Shown here one piece after another: positions 26,260-44,479 of a DNA stretch of 64,000 bases; the stretch's first letter is position 1, and the number at the start of each line of letters is the position of its first letter. The DNA is from Octopus vulgaris (Eukaryota). Below the pieces are notes generated by a model. That model had not been told where the DNA came from, ran no database searches, and saw only the letters and a program-made list of their open reading frames with translations. The position numbers and the translations under genes are program-made. Location of the stretch: assembly GCA_951406725.2 (NCBI GenBank), contig OX597818.1, forward strand, positions 42,842,001 to 42,906,000. The letters are read 5' to 3'.

Positions 26260-26710
26260 CTTTTCTACTCTAGACACAAGGCCCGAAATTTTGTGGGAGG
26301 GAGTCAGTCGATTAGATTGACTCCAGTACGCAACTGGTACTTAATTTATCGACCCCAAAAGGATGACAGGCAAAGTTGACCTCAGTGAAATTTAAACTTA
26401 GAACACAAAGACAGATGAAATACCTATTTCTTTACTACCCATAAGGGGCTAAACACAGAGAGGACAAACAGATTAAGTCGCTTATATCGACCCCAGTGCG
26501 TAACTGGTACTTAATTTATCAACTCCGAAAGGATGAAAGGCAAAGTCGACCTCGGTGGAATTTGAACTCAGAACATAACGACAGACGAAATACAGCTACG
26601 CATTTCGCCCAGTGTGCTAATGTTTCTGCCAGCTCACCGCCTTATAAAGACTGATGAAATACCGCTAAGCATTTTGCCTGGCATGCTAACATTTCTGCCA
26701 GCTCGCCATC
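26260..26710 (-). mobile_element. Nested SINE family B copies
   Basis: Repeated aggatgaaaggcaaagtcgacctcgg...gaatttgaactc; gccagctcgcc ends. Confidence 0.8.
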
Positions 26711-26724
26711 TATAAACTATATTG

Positions 26725-27720
26725 CCACAGGTGTATGCTTGCTTTGTAGATCTTGAAGAGGCATATGACCACGTGCTATGGAACATGCTGTGGAGGGGTT
26801 TTCAGGAGTTTGGGATTAATGGATAACTTCTAGTTGCCATGAATTCCCTTTACGAATGCCCAGATGTCTATGTTTGGGTAAATGGTGCTATATTGAAACC
26901 TTTCAACATGGGTGTTGGACTATAGCAGGAATGTATATTGTAACTTCTCCTTTTCATAATTTTTATAAACTGGATTGTCATGCACAGCCATTGTGCAAAT
27001 GGCATCACAACTAGTGAGTGTAGGATCAGTCAGCTGATATTTGCAGACGACATGGTGTTACTTGGCTCATCAGAATATAATCTCTAGCATGTACTGGAGT
27101 GGAACACCATTGAGACAAGGTGAAAAAGTTTAACCTTTTTGATATCAACTTGGCTGAAATTGCCTCTGATTCTGAGTACAAATGTCTTGTTTTCATAAGT
27201 TTTGAATTAAAATCTTCCACCAAACCTTAGTCACAATTTATGTTCCTAACATTAGCTTAATGATAACTAAGTTATTTTACTAAACTCTTAGTCATATTTA
27301 AAATTAATTGAAAGAAACACAGAGCATCCCAAAATAAATATTGTAACAAAAGGGTTAAGTATCTCAGGCCCAAATTCACAAATGATGGGAGACAGGAAAT
27401 TGAAAAGAATGCTAGAATTCTAGTTGCTCTAGCTCCATTATTTGATCTTCAGAAGAGGAGGAGTTGATTAAAAAAGCCAAACTAACTATCTTCAATTTGG
27501 TTTTTGTGCCTCTCCTCACCTATGGTCATGAATGCTGGGTAACAACCAAATTGAAAGTACAATCAGCATAAAAGGGGATTCCTCCAAAGGGTCTCTAAAG
27601 TACCATTTCTTGACAGGTTGCATAACTTGGAGATCAGGGAATCTCTCCAAGTCAAGTCACTAATTCCCCAATTGAGAGGTCACAGCCTTGGTACTATGGA
27701 CATATAATTAGGATGTCATA
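26725..27720 (+). mobile_element. Old RTE-like LINE remnant interrupted by a TTAA MITE (27134-27354)
   Basis: FVDLEEAYD, GVGL.Q.C.L..LLF, FADDMV, LTYGHECW remnants. Confidence 0.7.
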
Positions 27721-27774
27721 GGAAAAAAATCACTGGCTCCCATGCTGGTGACATGTAAAAAGCACCAACCGATC

Positions 27775-28090
27775 CCAGAACATTTGTCACTCTCGACATT
27801 TTTTGGGCCATATTGGAAACGTCTGAACCACTCATACACTCCTCTCTATACACTTTCTGCAACTTTGCGTAGGCCTCTGAGCAGGTATCGTCATGATAAC
27901 TTTCTCTGTCATGGTCAATGCGATGATCACACACTACACGTGTTCCTTCCAAACACTGCTGTAAACAGCAGAAGTGAGCTAGTATGTTAAAACTTAGTGC
28001 ACATGCACAACAGAGTTCAAGATCAATCTGTGTCAAGCAGCTTCACTCTGCATGCTTTAGCCTTGTTACTATGGCAACAGTCCGGATACA
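27775..28090 (-). mobile_element. mariner transposase N-terminal fragment
   Basis: TCSEAYAKLQKVYREECMS resembles the mariner HTH. Confidence 0.55.
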
Positions 28091-29809
28091 CACACACACA
28101 CACATTTACTATGGGCTTCTTTTAGTTTATGCCTACTAAATCCGCTCACAAGGCTTTGGTCAGCCTGGGGTTATAGTAGAAGACAGTTGCCCAAGTTACA
28201 GTGGAAATAAGCTTCTTAGTATATAGGTATGGCTGTGCCTATATAAAGAAAATGTACACTTGAATATAATATTCTATAAAAGAACTGATGATTATGTCTT
28301 ATATATTATTAGAACAATAAAAATTTGATACATTGAAACAGGTTCAAATTTTACATCTGGAGAATATTTGCAAAGCAAAAGAAAAAATTTTAAAACTTAA
28401 CTGATTAGTTTGCCCCAGTCTGTGTGACTAACAATAATAGATTGTGGTTAAATTTTAGAAATGCATCTAGCAGCTATAAAAGCAATTGCCCTAACTATAT
28501 ATCATCATCATCATCATTTAAAATCTGTTTTCTATGCTGGTATGAGTTAGACAGTTTGACCTGAGCTGGCAAGTATGAAAGCTGCACCAGGTTCCAGTCT
28601 GTTTTGGCTTAGTATATATGGCTGGATGCCCTGCTTAATGCCAATCACTTTACAGTGTGTGCTGGGTGCTTTTTACATGTCAAAGGCATGGATGCCCTTA
28701 TGCGGTACTGACAAGGGTGCATTTATGTGGCACTGGCCCAGGTGCTGTTACATTGCACTGGCATGAGTGCTTTTTATGTGGCACCAGTACAGGGCTCTTG
28801 TAGGAAAGCAGCATTAACACTTCTGCTGTGGAGGACAGGTCTTATCCAAATTGTAAATCTATCATTGGAGCAAAAATTGAATATTAATCAGTTGAGAATA
28901 AGATAACTAAATCTGATACAAGTTATTGAGTTCTTCCTGAGTTCTAATATTACCGTAGTAAATAGAAATTGAAAAGGTGGAAAATTTTGTTGGTTATCTT
29001 TTGGTCATGATTTTTAAAACACTATTTTCTGGAATTCCAGGCAGGGTTCATCTTACATTTTTTCACTGAACACAAACTTGTCTTGTTTTATAGAATCCTT
29101 CTTTACTCAAATATATATAATGTTGTAAAAACTAACATTTCATTTTCCAAGCTGAGATTCGAAACCAAATCTAAAGATTCTCGTTCGCCTGATCCACCAC
29201 TGGCCAAACAGGTGCGAAAGAAATTTCTTTGTCCTGTTAAAAAGTGATGGATGGATTTCCATTCGACTTCCAACCTGAGCTGTGTCACTGAAGGTTCAAC
29301 TGGACAGCAGATGACCTAGATAAGTACAAACTACTCCTATGGTACATCTGTTCTTCTAGCTTGGATGACCATTATAAATATGGTTTCCTTAGACACACAA
29401 GAGATAGGCAGATGGTTTGTGACAGGTAAGCTACCAACAAAGAGCCACATTGTCAGCATGAGCGAACAATGATAGCCAAAGACACAACACAGTAGCAGAA
29501 CACAAACAGTCAAGACAGAAACACAACATAACCCAATCAAATGACCAACACACACACAGACACAAAATATGTTGTGTACTATCTCAACATCCATTTGCTC
29601 ATGCTGACAGTGTGGCTCTATGTTGGCAGCTTGCCTGTCACAAGCTATCTGCTTATGTTGGGTGGACCTTTGGTTTTTGGCACATGTCCTTGTTGATGTC
29701 AAGCCACACAAAACAGGTTGATATCAGCTTTTGTGTGGTGTAGACACCTGGATGTACTACGGAATGCAAAGTAGAGAAAACATCACATCAATGTTTCTAC
29801 CTGGATAGC

Positions 29810-31800
29810 ACTGATGGGTATCGAGAATCATTGTTTGTAAAATAGTTGGGCAGACTGTGGCCATGACAAGCAGTTATACCATGCACAGCTGAGCTGAGTG
29901 GTCTTTGTCAACAAGTCTTGTTGATCAGCTGCAATATCTACTAGGAGATCAAATGGTAACAAAATAGGCTCCTAAAATAGTGTTTAGCTCCATGTGTGAC
30001 GAGCATCAGCTGCAGAGCTGTTCGCACCCTTAATGAGGCAAATGTCTGTTGTATACTGTGATATGAAGTCCAGATGTCAGACTTCCCTGGGTGAGTGACA
30101 ATCAGGCTTGGCATTGAATGCATAAGCCAGCAGTTTATGGTTGGTATAGATGGAGAAAACGCGACCTTCCAGCATGTATCCAGAATGCTTGATAGCAAGA
30201 TATACTACTAATAATTCTTGACCAAAGGTACTGTACTTAGTCTCGGCAGGTTTTAAGCGCTTGGAGGAAAAGGATACAGGTTGCCAAATACCGTCAGTGA
30301 GTTGTTGGAGCACGCCTCCAACTCTGGAATCAGATGTATCAACTACTATAGACAATGGGGTGTCTGGTTTAGGATACACCAGCAAGGTAGTGTTGGATAA
30401 CATCTTTTTCAAGTCAGCAAAAGAGGCAAGTTCTTCTTTACTCAAGCCAATGTTTGTATTTTTGTTTGTTCACTGTTGCAGCAAATCTGTGAGCAGTTGG
30501 GCTGTCTCTGCACAGTGGGGTATGAATCTGTAATAGAAGTTCACCAGGCCAAGAAATTCCAACAGCTTGCGAAGAGATGTGAGTGGTGGAAAATCCATGA
30601 TGGCTTTAACTTTCTCAGGAAGTGGGTGAATGCTATCCTTATCAACAATGTGTCTGAGGAAATGAAGGGATGCAACTCCAAAGTGCACTTGCTGAGGTTT
30701 ATGGCAATGCCATATTGCCACAGGTGTTGGAATAGCAGGTGCAGGTGTTGTTCATGCTCTTTGTCTGAGCTACTGGCCACGAGTAAGTTGTATATGTATG
30801 CATAGACGAAAGGCAAACCTCTGGTAACTGTGTCAATGAAACAGAATGGCTGAGCTGCTTTGCATAAACTGAAAGGCATATGCAGGAATTCAAACATTCC
30901 AAAGGATGTCGTGACTGCAGTCTTCGGAATATCCATAGGTTCTACAGGGATTTGACTGTAAGCTTGCACCAGGACGATCTTTGAAAAGATGCAAGTTCCA
31001 TGCTGCGAGCTAGAAAACTCCTGTAGATGAGGTACAGGATATACATCAAATACAGTGCAGTTATTTAGTGATCGATAATCACTGCAAACTCTCCAACTAG
31101 TTGATGACTTCTTGGGAATGTAGTGTATTGGCAAGGACCAATTGCTGCTGGATGGGCGGATGGTTCCGAAGTTGAGCATGTGCTGGAATTCTTGCTTGAT
31201 GGCCTTGAGACGATCTGGTGGTAGCCTTCAGGGTCGTGCTGCAATAGGTGGACTGCGGGTCTTGATGTGGTGGGTGACTTCATGCTTGATAGGTTGACTA
31301 TGGAATACTGGTCGGGTGATGTCCAGGTATTCTTTGAGGATAACACTGATGGGTTGTCATTGTTTGTAAAATAGTTGGGCTGACTGTGGCCATACGAGCA
31401 GTTATACCACGCACAGTGAGCTGAGTGGTGCTGTCAACAAGTCTTCTGTGCTTAATATCTACTAGGAGAATGAAATGAACAAAATAGGCTCCTAAAATAG
31501 GGGTCAGCAGTTTGGCGATGACAAATACCCACTGAAAGGTGTGGTGTAGCCCTAAGTTCAGTGTTAGGGACTGTTCACTGTAAGTTGGAATCGGTGAGTG
31601 GTTGACTGCCTGAAGGCAGACTGGTGTTTCTTTTCTGTTGCCTGGAGTACAGGAAACAGGGATTATGCTGATTTCCTTGATGGTATCCACAAGGAAACAC
31701 ATGCCTGTTACATGATCACAAATGAAAAACAGATGACTTTGAGGGTGAGAGCCAGGAACTTCCATTGTGTTCAATTCCTGGTTGTTGTTTCCTGAAAGGG
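29810..31800 (-). mobile_element. Decayed Ty3/Gypsy pol (protease-RT-RNase H)
   Basis: FLVDT..EISIIP (PR); SSNWSLP, WRVCSDYRSLN, IPKTAVTTSFGMFEFLHMPF (RT; YIDD mutated); VDTSDSRVGGVLQQ, ETKYSTFGQELL (RH); no integrase seen. Confidence 0.92.
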
Positions 31801-32219
31801 ATGCTGAGAATGTGCATGGAGTTGTGCATTTCTGCACCTGTGTTCCAAATCTACGGAGGTACCAAAATGCCGATTTTTGGTAATTTTCTGGAATCTCCGT
31901 ATCCGAAAACGGGGGTTTTTGGGGGAAAAAAAAAGGAGAAAAGTGGGGAGGAAGTCTTTCCATTCCCTCTCCGTACCCACAACGCGCAAATATTTTTTAA
32001 AAATCTCTATTGCATAATTCAATGAATAGAAATTGATATAACAAGTAGCAGACTGAAATAAATACTGAGGTCAGACATATGATTATCTAAACTCTTGAAA
32101 GAGGTGCCCCAGCATGGCCACAGCCCAAAAGTCCAGTATTTATTTTATCAATCTCTATTTGTTGAATTACGCAACATTATGTACACAGAAGGAGGGCATT
32201 ACTGTACAACACACTACTT

Positions 32220-32625
32220 GGATCTTTTCGGTTTGAACGGCAGTTTTTTTTAGCAGTGTCATATGAAATTGTCACCCATAATTATGACCCTAGTATCGAT
32301 CTATTGCATTTCAATCTGTTTTAGGGTTAGGGGTGGGGGAAGGGTTTCTTTTTTTCTTCAGAAATGTAAATAAACCCAATCTGTTTCTTAAACGAGGGAC
32401 ATATTCATACGGCACAGAATGTTTTCACCTCAATAGCCGTCATTGATTGGTTGAAATTGCAGAAAAAAAAAACAACAACAAATATCTTACAAGCTATAGA
32501 ATTTTCTCAATAAAGCCAAGAGAAAAAGATGTTTTATAAACACATTCTACCAGTATACGAAGTTTAAAAGTGTTTAGTTACGTGGAAATTATTTTTAAAA
32601 AGTGCCGGTCAAACCGAAAAGATCC
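32220..32625. mobile_element. Young MITE with GGATC TIRs, ~290 bp upstream of the RPS2 TSS
   Basis: Reverse-orientation near-identical copy of 23527-23935. Confidence 0.88.
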
Positions 32626-32865
32626 GTTTTCTGCCCCTTCTTCACCTGAGTTTATTTATTATTAAATACGGCACGTTTAGGACAGCAAAGCTTAAAAATT
32701 ATAACTGCCTCCAATTACCAAAGAATTTATACTGAAAATTATTAATGTAAGAAAATGTAATGTAAATACTAGATAACGATTCAACATAATTTCATTAAGG
32801 CTACCACCCCTCATTTTGGAGCGTACGAAATTCTAGTTAGAAGAGTCTATTAAATATTAGAGGGT

Positions 32866-32932
32866 ACTTCCGGTATAATCAACTGAATATAAATAGCGAA
32901 ATTAAATCTACTTCCTCTTTCTCACAGACCAT
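32866..32932 (+). promoter_or_regulatory. RPS2: RPS2 core promoter and non-coding exon 1 (5'TOP)
   Basis: ETS-like ACTTCCGG 32866-73, TATAAATA 32888-95, TCT motif cttcctctttct 32911-22 about 29 nt downstream, donor |gtaagt at 32933. Confidence 0.88.
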
Positions 32933-33135
32933 GTAAGTTGGTGTATTCTCAGTCTCTATTTCTTGGATTATTAGTTTTTCTTTTAATTTTAGTTCCTTCA
33001 TTGGATTGATTTATTTGTAAATATATCTTGAAGATTATAAATATACTTCTTCAAGCATGTTAGCTGCTCGTAATTTTAAGGGATATCCCAAATATTGTGA
33101 TAAAAGAAAACTTGTATTTTATTTAATTTGTAGCA

Positions 33136-37970
<4,835 letters not shown>

Positions 37971-39154
37971 TAACTTACGTGTTTGATGTAATATTTGTGG
38001 TGGTCCCCTCGATGAAGGAGAGTGAAGCCGTGTTTTAAATAGAAAAAAATAAAAAAGTGAATTGAAAATTTTTATGTTTTGTTTTTATCTATAATTTTGA
38101 TAGTATTTATTAGACTGGAAGATTTTTTAAGGATTCTGCTGTTGGTCTTGAATAGATATGTTAGTGTTTAACTTTTCATACTGGCCCCTAAATTTTAATG
38201 GTTATGTCGTTGTCAGTCTACTAAAGTACTAAACTGTATGGTTCCAGGTTGACGTCCTCAGGACTGGCTTTGTACTTAATAGTTTTGCTTGGTTACTGCT
38301 ATAGTGGGATTCAGTGTTGTAGCTACATAAGTCTTTGTACTGCAGGATGAGTATTAAGTTCTGCAGGTTTCGCAAGGAAATAATTTGGTGCCAGGTCTGT
38401 CAAAATGCTAGCTGAGGATTTGATTAAAATCTTAGTTTTATAATGGTTTACTTTATCATATAGCACAAGATCAGTGCATTGTTAGAGGAATGATGGAAAG
38501 CGACTTAACCTGTTTCAAAGTAGTGACCAATTCTTATTCTAGATAGCTACCTAGAATAGAAAAAGAAACAAGGTCAGGTTTTTTTAAGATGTATACAGTT
38601 TTGTTTTGGGACACAAACTTATGCAATCATCAGACTAATTATTACTGAATTGGGAAACTGGTGAGGGGGCTGTCAAGAATGGCAGTGACTTCATGAAATG
38701 AAGTATACTCTGAAATAATTGTATAAAAAAATACTAGATTAAAATTAATTCTGTATGCATGTCTTTAGTGTTGACAGCCGGTTCCATTTTTGGTATGTGT
38801 CACTTAGTGTGTTGTAACAAAGAGTAAGGTATGAAAACGTCCAAGTCTGGCAAGGTTACCTTCATAACTTGGGTTTGTGAGATTATTGATGTGCAGGTGA
38901 CTTAGTTGAGAGCTGGTCATGAATGGTAACAAAAGGATTTTTCCAAATACAACTGATTAATAATAGTGAAATAGAGCCAGTGCAACATAAATCTTGTAAA
39001 ATGCAAAGTTATTTCCCCTGTCATTAGCAAAACTCTATCGTTTGTCTGTTTTCCATGCTGGCATGGGTTGGACAAAGTGTAGTAGTATAAATGGATAGAC
39101 CAATTTGTAGCAACTGCTTTGTATATTTAATTGCTGGTGAGGTAACTATTTTGA

Positions 39155-39372
39155 AGGCAGTGAGCTGGCAGAATCGTTAGTACGCTGCACGAAATGCTTT
39201 AGTATTTCGTCTGCCACTACATTCTGAGTTCAAATTCCGCCGAGGTCGACTTTGCCTTTCATCCTTTTGGGGTCTATTAAATAAGTACCAGATACGCACT
39301 GGGGTCGATATAATCGACTTAATCCGTTTGTTTGTCCTTTGTGTTTAGCCCCTTGTGGGTAGTAAAGAAATA
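39155..39372 (+). mobile_element. SINE family B
   Basis: aaggcagtgagctggcagaa head, Meta-like core. Confidence 0.85.
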
Positions 39373-39933
39373 GGTAAGGTAACTATTTCGTTTAGTTATA
39401 AATACACTTAAGCATATATTATAGGCTTAGGAATGTAAAGCATTGTCCTTGTCAGCACTTCATCCAACCTATCAATTATCGATAATGACTACGTGTGTGG
39501 CTTAGTTTTCTAAGATGAAAAGAGGCTGGATAATCAAAGAAATGGAACGACTCTTTGGATTGAATGGCAGACCTTTTAGTGTATCACCAGGAGTCAAAAT
39601 AATTCAAGAGAACACTTTCATTGTACAACAACTTTTGAGAAGTATCCTGACAGCATCATGGTTTCGATGCAATTCAAGTAGTGACATGGTCTTTATTCAT
39701 GGACAAAGGTCTAGGGCATAAGTGCATTGGCTTTAATTGATGCTGACTGGCAACTATTTGTAAATGAAGAGTTGATATTAGTTTCATGAACAGCAACTAG
39801 AACCAGAAGAAAATGCAGCAAGCTTCTGCATATATGGAGAAATCAGTAACCTGTTTTAAAAGGATGGATCCTAAAGCTGAGTGCTTTACTAAGAAATTAT
39901 GGGGGCTACTGTTCCTTTATACGATTATACAAG

Positions 39934-40130
39934 ATCATCATCATCATTTAACGTCCACTAGCATGGGTTGGACGGTTAAACCCGGGTTTGGGAAGCCAGG
40001 AGGCTGCAACAGGCTCCAGTCTGATCTGGCAGTGTTTCTACAGCTGGATGCCCTTCCTAATGCCAACCACACCGTGAGTGTAGTGGGTGCTTTTTACATG
40101 CCACCGGCAACGGCTACGATCGGTTGGTGC
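39934..40130 (-). mobile_element. (GAT)n-tailed RTE-3'-end repeat
   Basis: Same family as 3459-3800. Confidence 0.8.
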
Positions 40131-40559
40131 TTCAGATGACGAGGAAAACCATCCAAGGCTTTCTACACTAATTCTTGTTGCATGTTGAAAGTCTGATTAG
40201 AATTGGAAACTCTTGACAAAATGATTTCTTAGATTTCAATATCAACACTGTAATCTCTGCTTCTGATCAATCTAGTGTGTTAGTGCCACCAACGAGGTAA
40301 ATGTCTAATGCTTTTTGGTATGAAAAAGTTTTTAGCATCTTATTTGTTTAAATGTCTGAATTGGGATCTTTCTGCAGCCAGGTTTTATTAATTTATTAAT
40401 ATTGTCTTTCTTCCCATGGCTTCGAATCAATTACCAATGTGAATTAGGTGTCCCTGTACCTACAGTATATTGCTGTTCACTGGTTGAAAGACTTTCGTGT
40501 GTGTGTGTATATAATTTTCATTTATTCATACAATTCTATCTTAAGGGGTGTAATAAAAT

Positions 40560-41355
40560 AAAGGCTCACATGGCAATGTAAACGGAACCCATCCCTTGTT
40601 TTTATGGAATCCCATGTTTTAGGCTATGGAGATTGATTCTGAAAAAATTTTCAAAATCCACTCCCATTTCTTGAATTTTCACTTCTGGAAATTTTTTTCT
40701 TTGAAATATGGAGATTACGATTCTGAAAAAAAAAAAAATTACAAAATTTCAATCTTTCTAAAAAAAAAAAAAAAAATTACCCCCCCCCTCCCGATTTTAC
40801 GGCCTCGGTCTTCAAGCAGGCTATTCACATGCTAGAAATAACAGCCAAATCAAACAAAACTGCGATAACATTATGACAAATACTGTAATCAATCTACTCA
40901 CCTTTATGCAAAGATTTCTTTGAGTAATTCCTACAGTAATATAACATTTTGTTTTTGAAAGATACAAAAAAATATGAGTGCAGAAATAACAGCAAACTCG
41001 CGAAGAAAGAAGTCAAAATAGGAAAGAAATACTGTGACGAAGAAAGAAGTCAAAATAGGAAAGAAATACTGTGACGAAGTGAAATTAAAGTGTTCATTTA
41101 TATTGTGTGTGCAAACACATTTTACTTGTGGAAATAATGTCATTTGCTTTCAAAAAATCCATTATTTTCTCTGAAGCGAGCTTCAATATTTCCTCTAATG
41201 AACACTTTAATTTCACTTTGTCATATTACTGTAGGAAATTACTCTTTGAAGTTGCGATTTTTGAAAATTTTTCAGAATCGGAATCTCCATAGCCTAAAAC
41301 ATGGGATTCCATTAAAAAAAAAAATAAAGGGTAAGGGCTCTGCCTTGTGAGTTAA
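40560..41355. mobile_element. Non-autonomous element with ~100-bp TIRs
   Basis: atggaatcccatgttttaggctatggagatt / aatctccatagcctaaaacatgggattccat; ctcacatggca / tgccttgtgag. Confidence 0.7.
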
Positions 41356-42635
41356 TTTTATGCTATCAAGAAGAACAGTTATTCAGGTACCAACCAGACA
41401 AGGTGGAATAAATTGTGTAAGTAGGCATAAAATATGAGACAGACCTGAATGAAAAGATAGAAAACTTTTCATAATGATGCCAGGTATGCTTTGGTAGATA
41501 GGCAAAGATGTTGATCAATGCCTTGTGGTACAAAGTGTTCCAGACTACAAGGCAGTGTACTACAGATAATGAAAAAGTGTACAGAATAATGACACACTTG
41601 ACCTTACCTTGGAGAGAGGCATGGATCTGCTATTATGAAGAGAAAGCAAGTTAGAGGGTCCACTCCAACACTTGACAGGAATCTAACATTGAAGTTCAAT
41701 CTGATAAGGCAGCTGGTCTCGGAAATAGTTAAGATGCTTAAAATATTTAGTGAAGTAGGGTCATGAGACAATCAGGAAATATAAGTGGGTGTCATACACT
41801 AGCTAATGTAACAAGTATCATTGTCAACTTGTACAAGAGTAAAGATGCACTATATAGGCATCTAACTGATGGACTTGACGAGAAGGGCTTGTCTTTGGGG
41901 TGTGGTCCAATGTTAAGGACCTGCTTTTACCAAAAGAGGTCCTCAGTAATAGTAAGGCTTAAAATTAAGTGAGCATGAGGGCTCTAGTTGTAGACTGTTT
42001 AAAGGGATGTGGTGCTATATTTTCTTGATATGAATATTGCTTGGATATTGTTTTCGGTGATTGCTTTCAAAGCCTCCATGCATGGAAATAGTCCTTATTT
42101 CGTGTGAAATATCCAGGTGTATATAGATGGAGAAAATTAGGGAGGAATGAAGGGTATCATCTGCAAAAGTGGGCATTGTTAAACATGATACAGGATGTAT
42201 GGATGTATATGAAAATCTAAATCCTGGGGTATACCAGAGTGATAGTGTAGGACAAAATGGGCTCCATTAGCACACCATGATAGTGTGATCTGATTGAAAG
42301 CTAGTTCCAAGAGATGAAGACTGGATCGTATCCATAAAATTTTGATAGATTTGCAGAGCAGACTTGGTTCAAAATTTTGCTGATGTTGAGGCAACATTTT
42401 CATCAAATTTCTAGCCATTGAGAGTTCACTGGTATATAGAAAAGTAGATCTCCAGTGGATCTGGATTTGCATAAGTACGACACGTGGTTGTTAAGGAGAG
42501 AGGGTGATATTGAAGTTACTGGTGAATATCGTTAATTGCCTTTCACAAATTGAAAATAAGTGTAACAGATGATAGTGAGAAGGCTCCGTGATTTGCATTG
42601 CTGCAGAATGCCGTCATTAGTTATGTCCCTTTACG

Positions 42636-42881
42636 TTCTGAGTACAAATTCTGCTGAAGTAAATTTTGCCTTTTCATCTCAGTTAAGAATATTCCTTTAA
42701 AACATCCTAAAGGTAACTTCTGAGTACAAATTCTGCTGAAGTAAATTTTGCCTTTTCATCTCAGTTAAGAATATTCCTTTAAAACATCCTAAAGGTAACT
42801 TCTGAGTACAAATTCTGCTGAAGTAAATTTTGCCTTTTCATCTCAGTTAAGAATATTCCTTTAAAACATCCTAAAGGTAAC
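42636..42881 (+). repeat. Perfect 82-bp x3 tandem repeat
   Basis: Units 42636-42717, 42718-42799, 42800-42881; first half is a SINE-B fragment. Confidence 0.93.
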
Positions 42882-43989
42882 TGGAATTATATTAGAAGAC
42901 TAAAACTGTCTATCAGATTTTGGCTTCTGTTGCCACTCATTAAAATCTCTAATTCCAGTCACAACTAGGATATTGTAAGAAATATATTAATTTTTAGTGT
43001 ATACACATTCTACTATTCATTTTAACCATCTAGTTGTCAGGTTTTCTTAGTCATAGTCCAAAGGTACATGATGCTTTTAGCCAATGTTTGGCAGATGAAA
43101 TAAATAAGTTTGCAATTTTTTTAAACTTCAGGGTTTATGACACTCAAGGTACCATTTCTGCTGTTATATGCCACTGCACTATGCCATATTTTGTCCATGG
43201 CACTACCCTCTCATATATCTAATCTTATTTCTAAACCCTTGAACAATTCAGCCTGCAGTCTATCACTAATATGCTCATGTTTAGGTATTTGGTGTACCAT
43301 TTGATTGTTTTGTATTGATTCCAAGTTTTTTTTGTTAAGGTTCCATTCACCGTTCTTCAAAAGTAAAACTATATCATCATGGATTATTACAGAGAGTTTC
43401 TTCTGGCCAACCAGTTGACATCTGACTGACATCAACTAGAAGTGGGAATAATCCACTGGGTGCATCATCTGTGTCTCTGTCTTAAGAACATGCTGGTTTT
43501 AAGTCAGCAGATGTCAAATATAATGCTTTTTTATTCACAGTAATCATCATCGTTTAATGTCCACCTTCTATGTTGGCATGAGTAGGGTTTTTAATTAATC
43601 TTGCAATATCTCAGCTTCGAAATTTTGATGTGATTGTATAATTTTAGAATGACATTGAAGGGTAGGTGTGATAAGCTGGATCTGGCTGGTTTGACTATAA
43701 AACAGATAACATATTTGGGCTGGATTTGGCCAGTTTAAATGCTAAAGGGTTCAATGCTAGCATATTCTACAATAGGTCAGTAGGTATACAAATGATTTTG
43801 TTTTTCTGACATTTCATTCACATGTGATGTTGAATTTTTTGTTTTAATATGTAAGCATTAAGATTGAGAGTGATGAAACTTAAATTGACTGCTTAAAGGT
43901 TTGTATATAACAAGATTGTCCATAAAACAATTCTTAGTGAAGAGGTGGTCATTATTTTAAACATGACATTTATGTATAATATGAATAGT

Positions 43990-44455
43990 AAAGGCGGTGA
44001 GCTGGCAGAAACGTTAGAATGCTGGGCGAAATGCTTAGCTGTATTTCGTCTGCCATTACGTTCTGTGTTCAAATTCTGCCGAGGTTGACTTTGCCTTTCA
44101 TCCTTTAGGGGTTGATAAATTAAGTACCAGTTACGCACTGGGGTCGATGTAATCAATTTAATCCATTTGTCCTCTCTGTGTTTAGCTCCTTATGGGTAGT
44201 AAAGAAATAAATATGAATAGTAAAGGTAGTAAAGGCATAGCACCAATTATTAATATTGCAGGTAGAATTGTTAGCATGCCAGGCAAAATGTTTGGCAGCA
44301 TTTTATGTCTTTGTTCTGAGTTCAAATTCCTCTGAAATTGACTTTGCCTTTCATCCTTTTAGGGTTTATAAAATAAGTACCAGTTGAGCAGTGGAGTTGA
44401 TATAATCAATTCACCCCATCCCCAAAATTGTTGGCTTTGTGCCAAAATTTCAAAA
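43990..44455 (+). mobile_element. Two SINE family B copies
   Basis: First copy flanked by TSD aatatgaatagtaaagg. Confidence 0.8.
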
Positions 44456-44479
44456 TCAATATTTATAGGGGTAACTATT

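Noticed and set aside
42636-42881. CRISPR-like array
   Set aside because: Contiguous identical units without spacers; eukaryotic locus, no cas genes.
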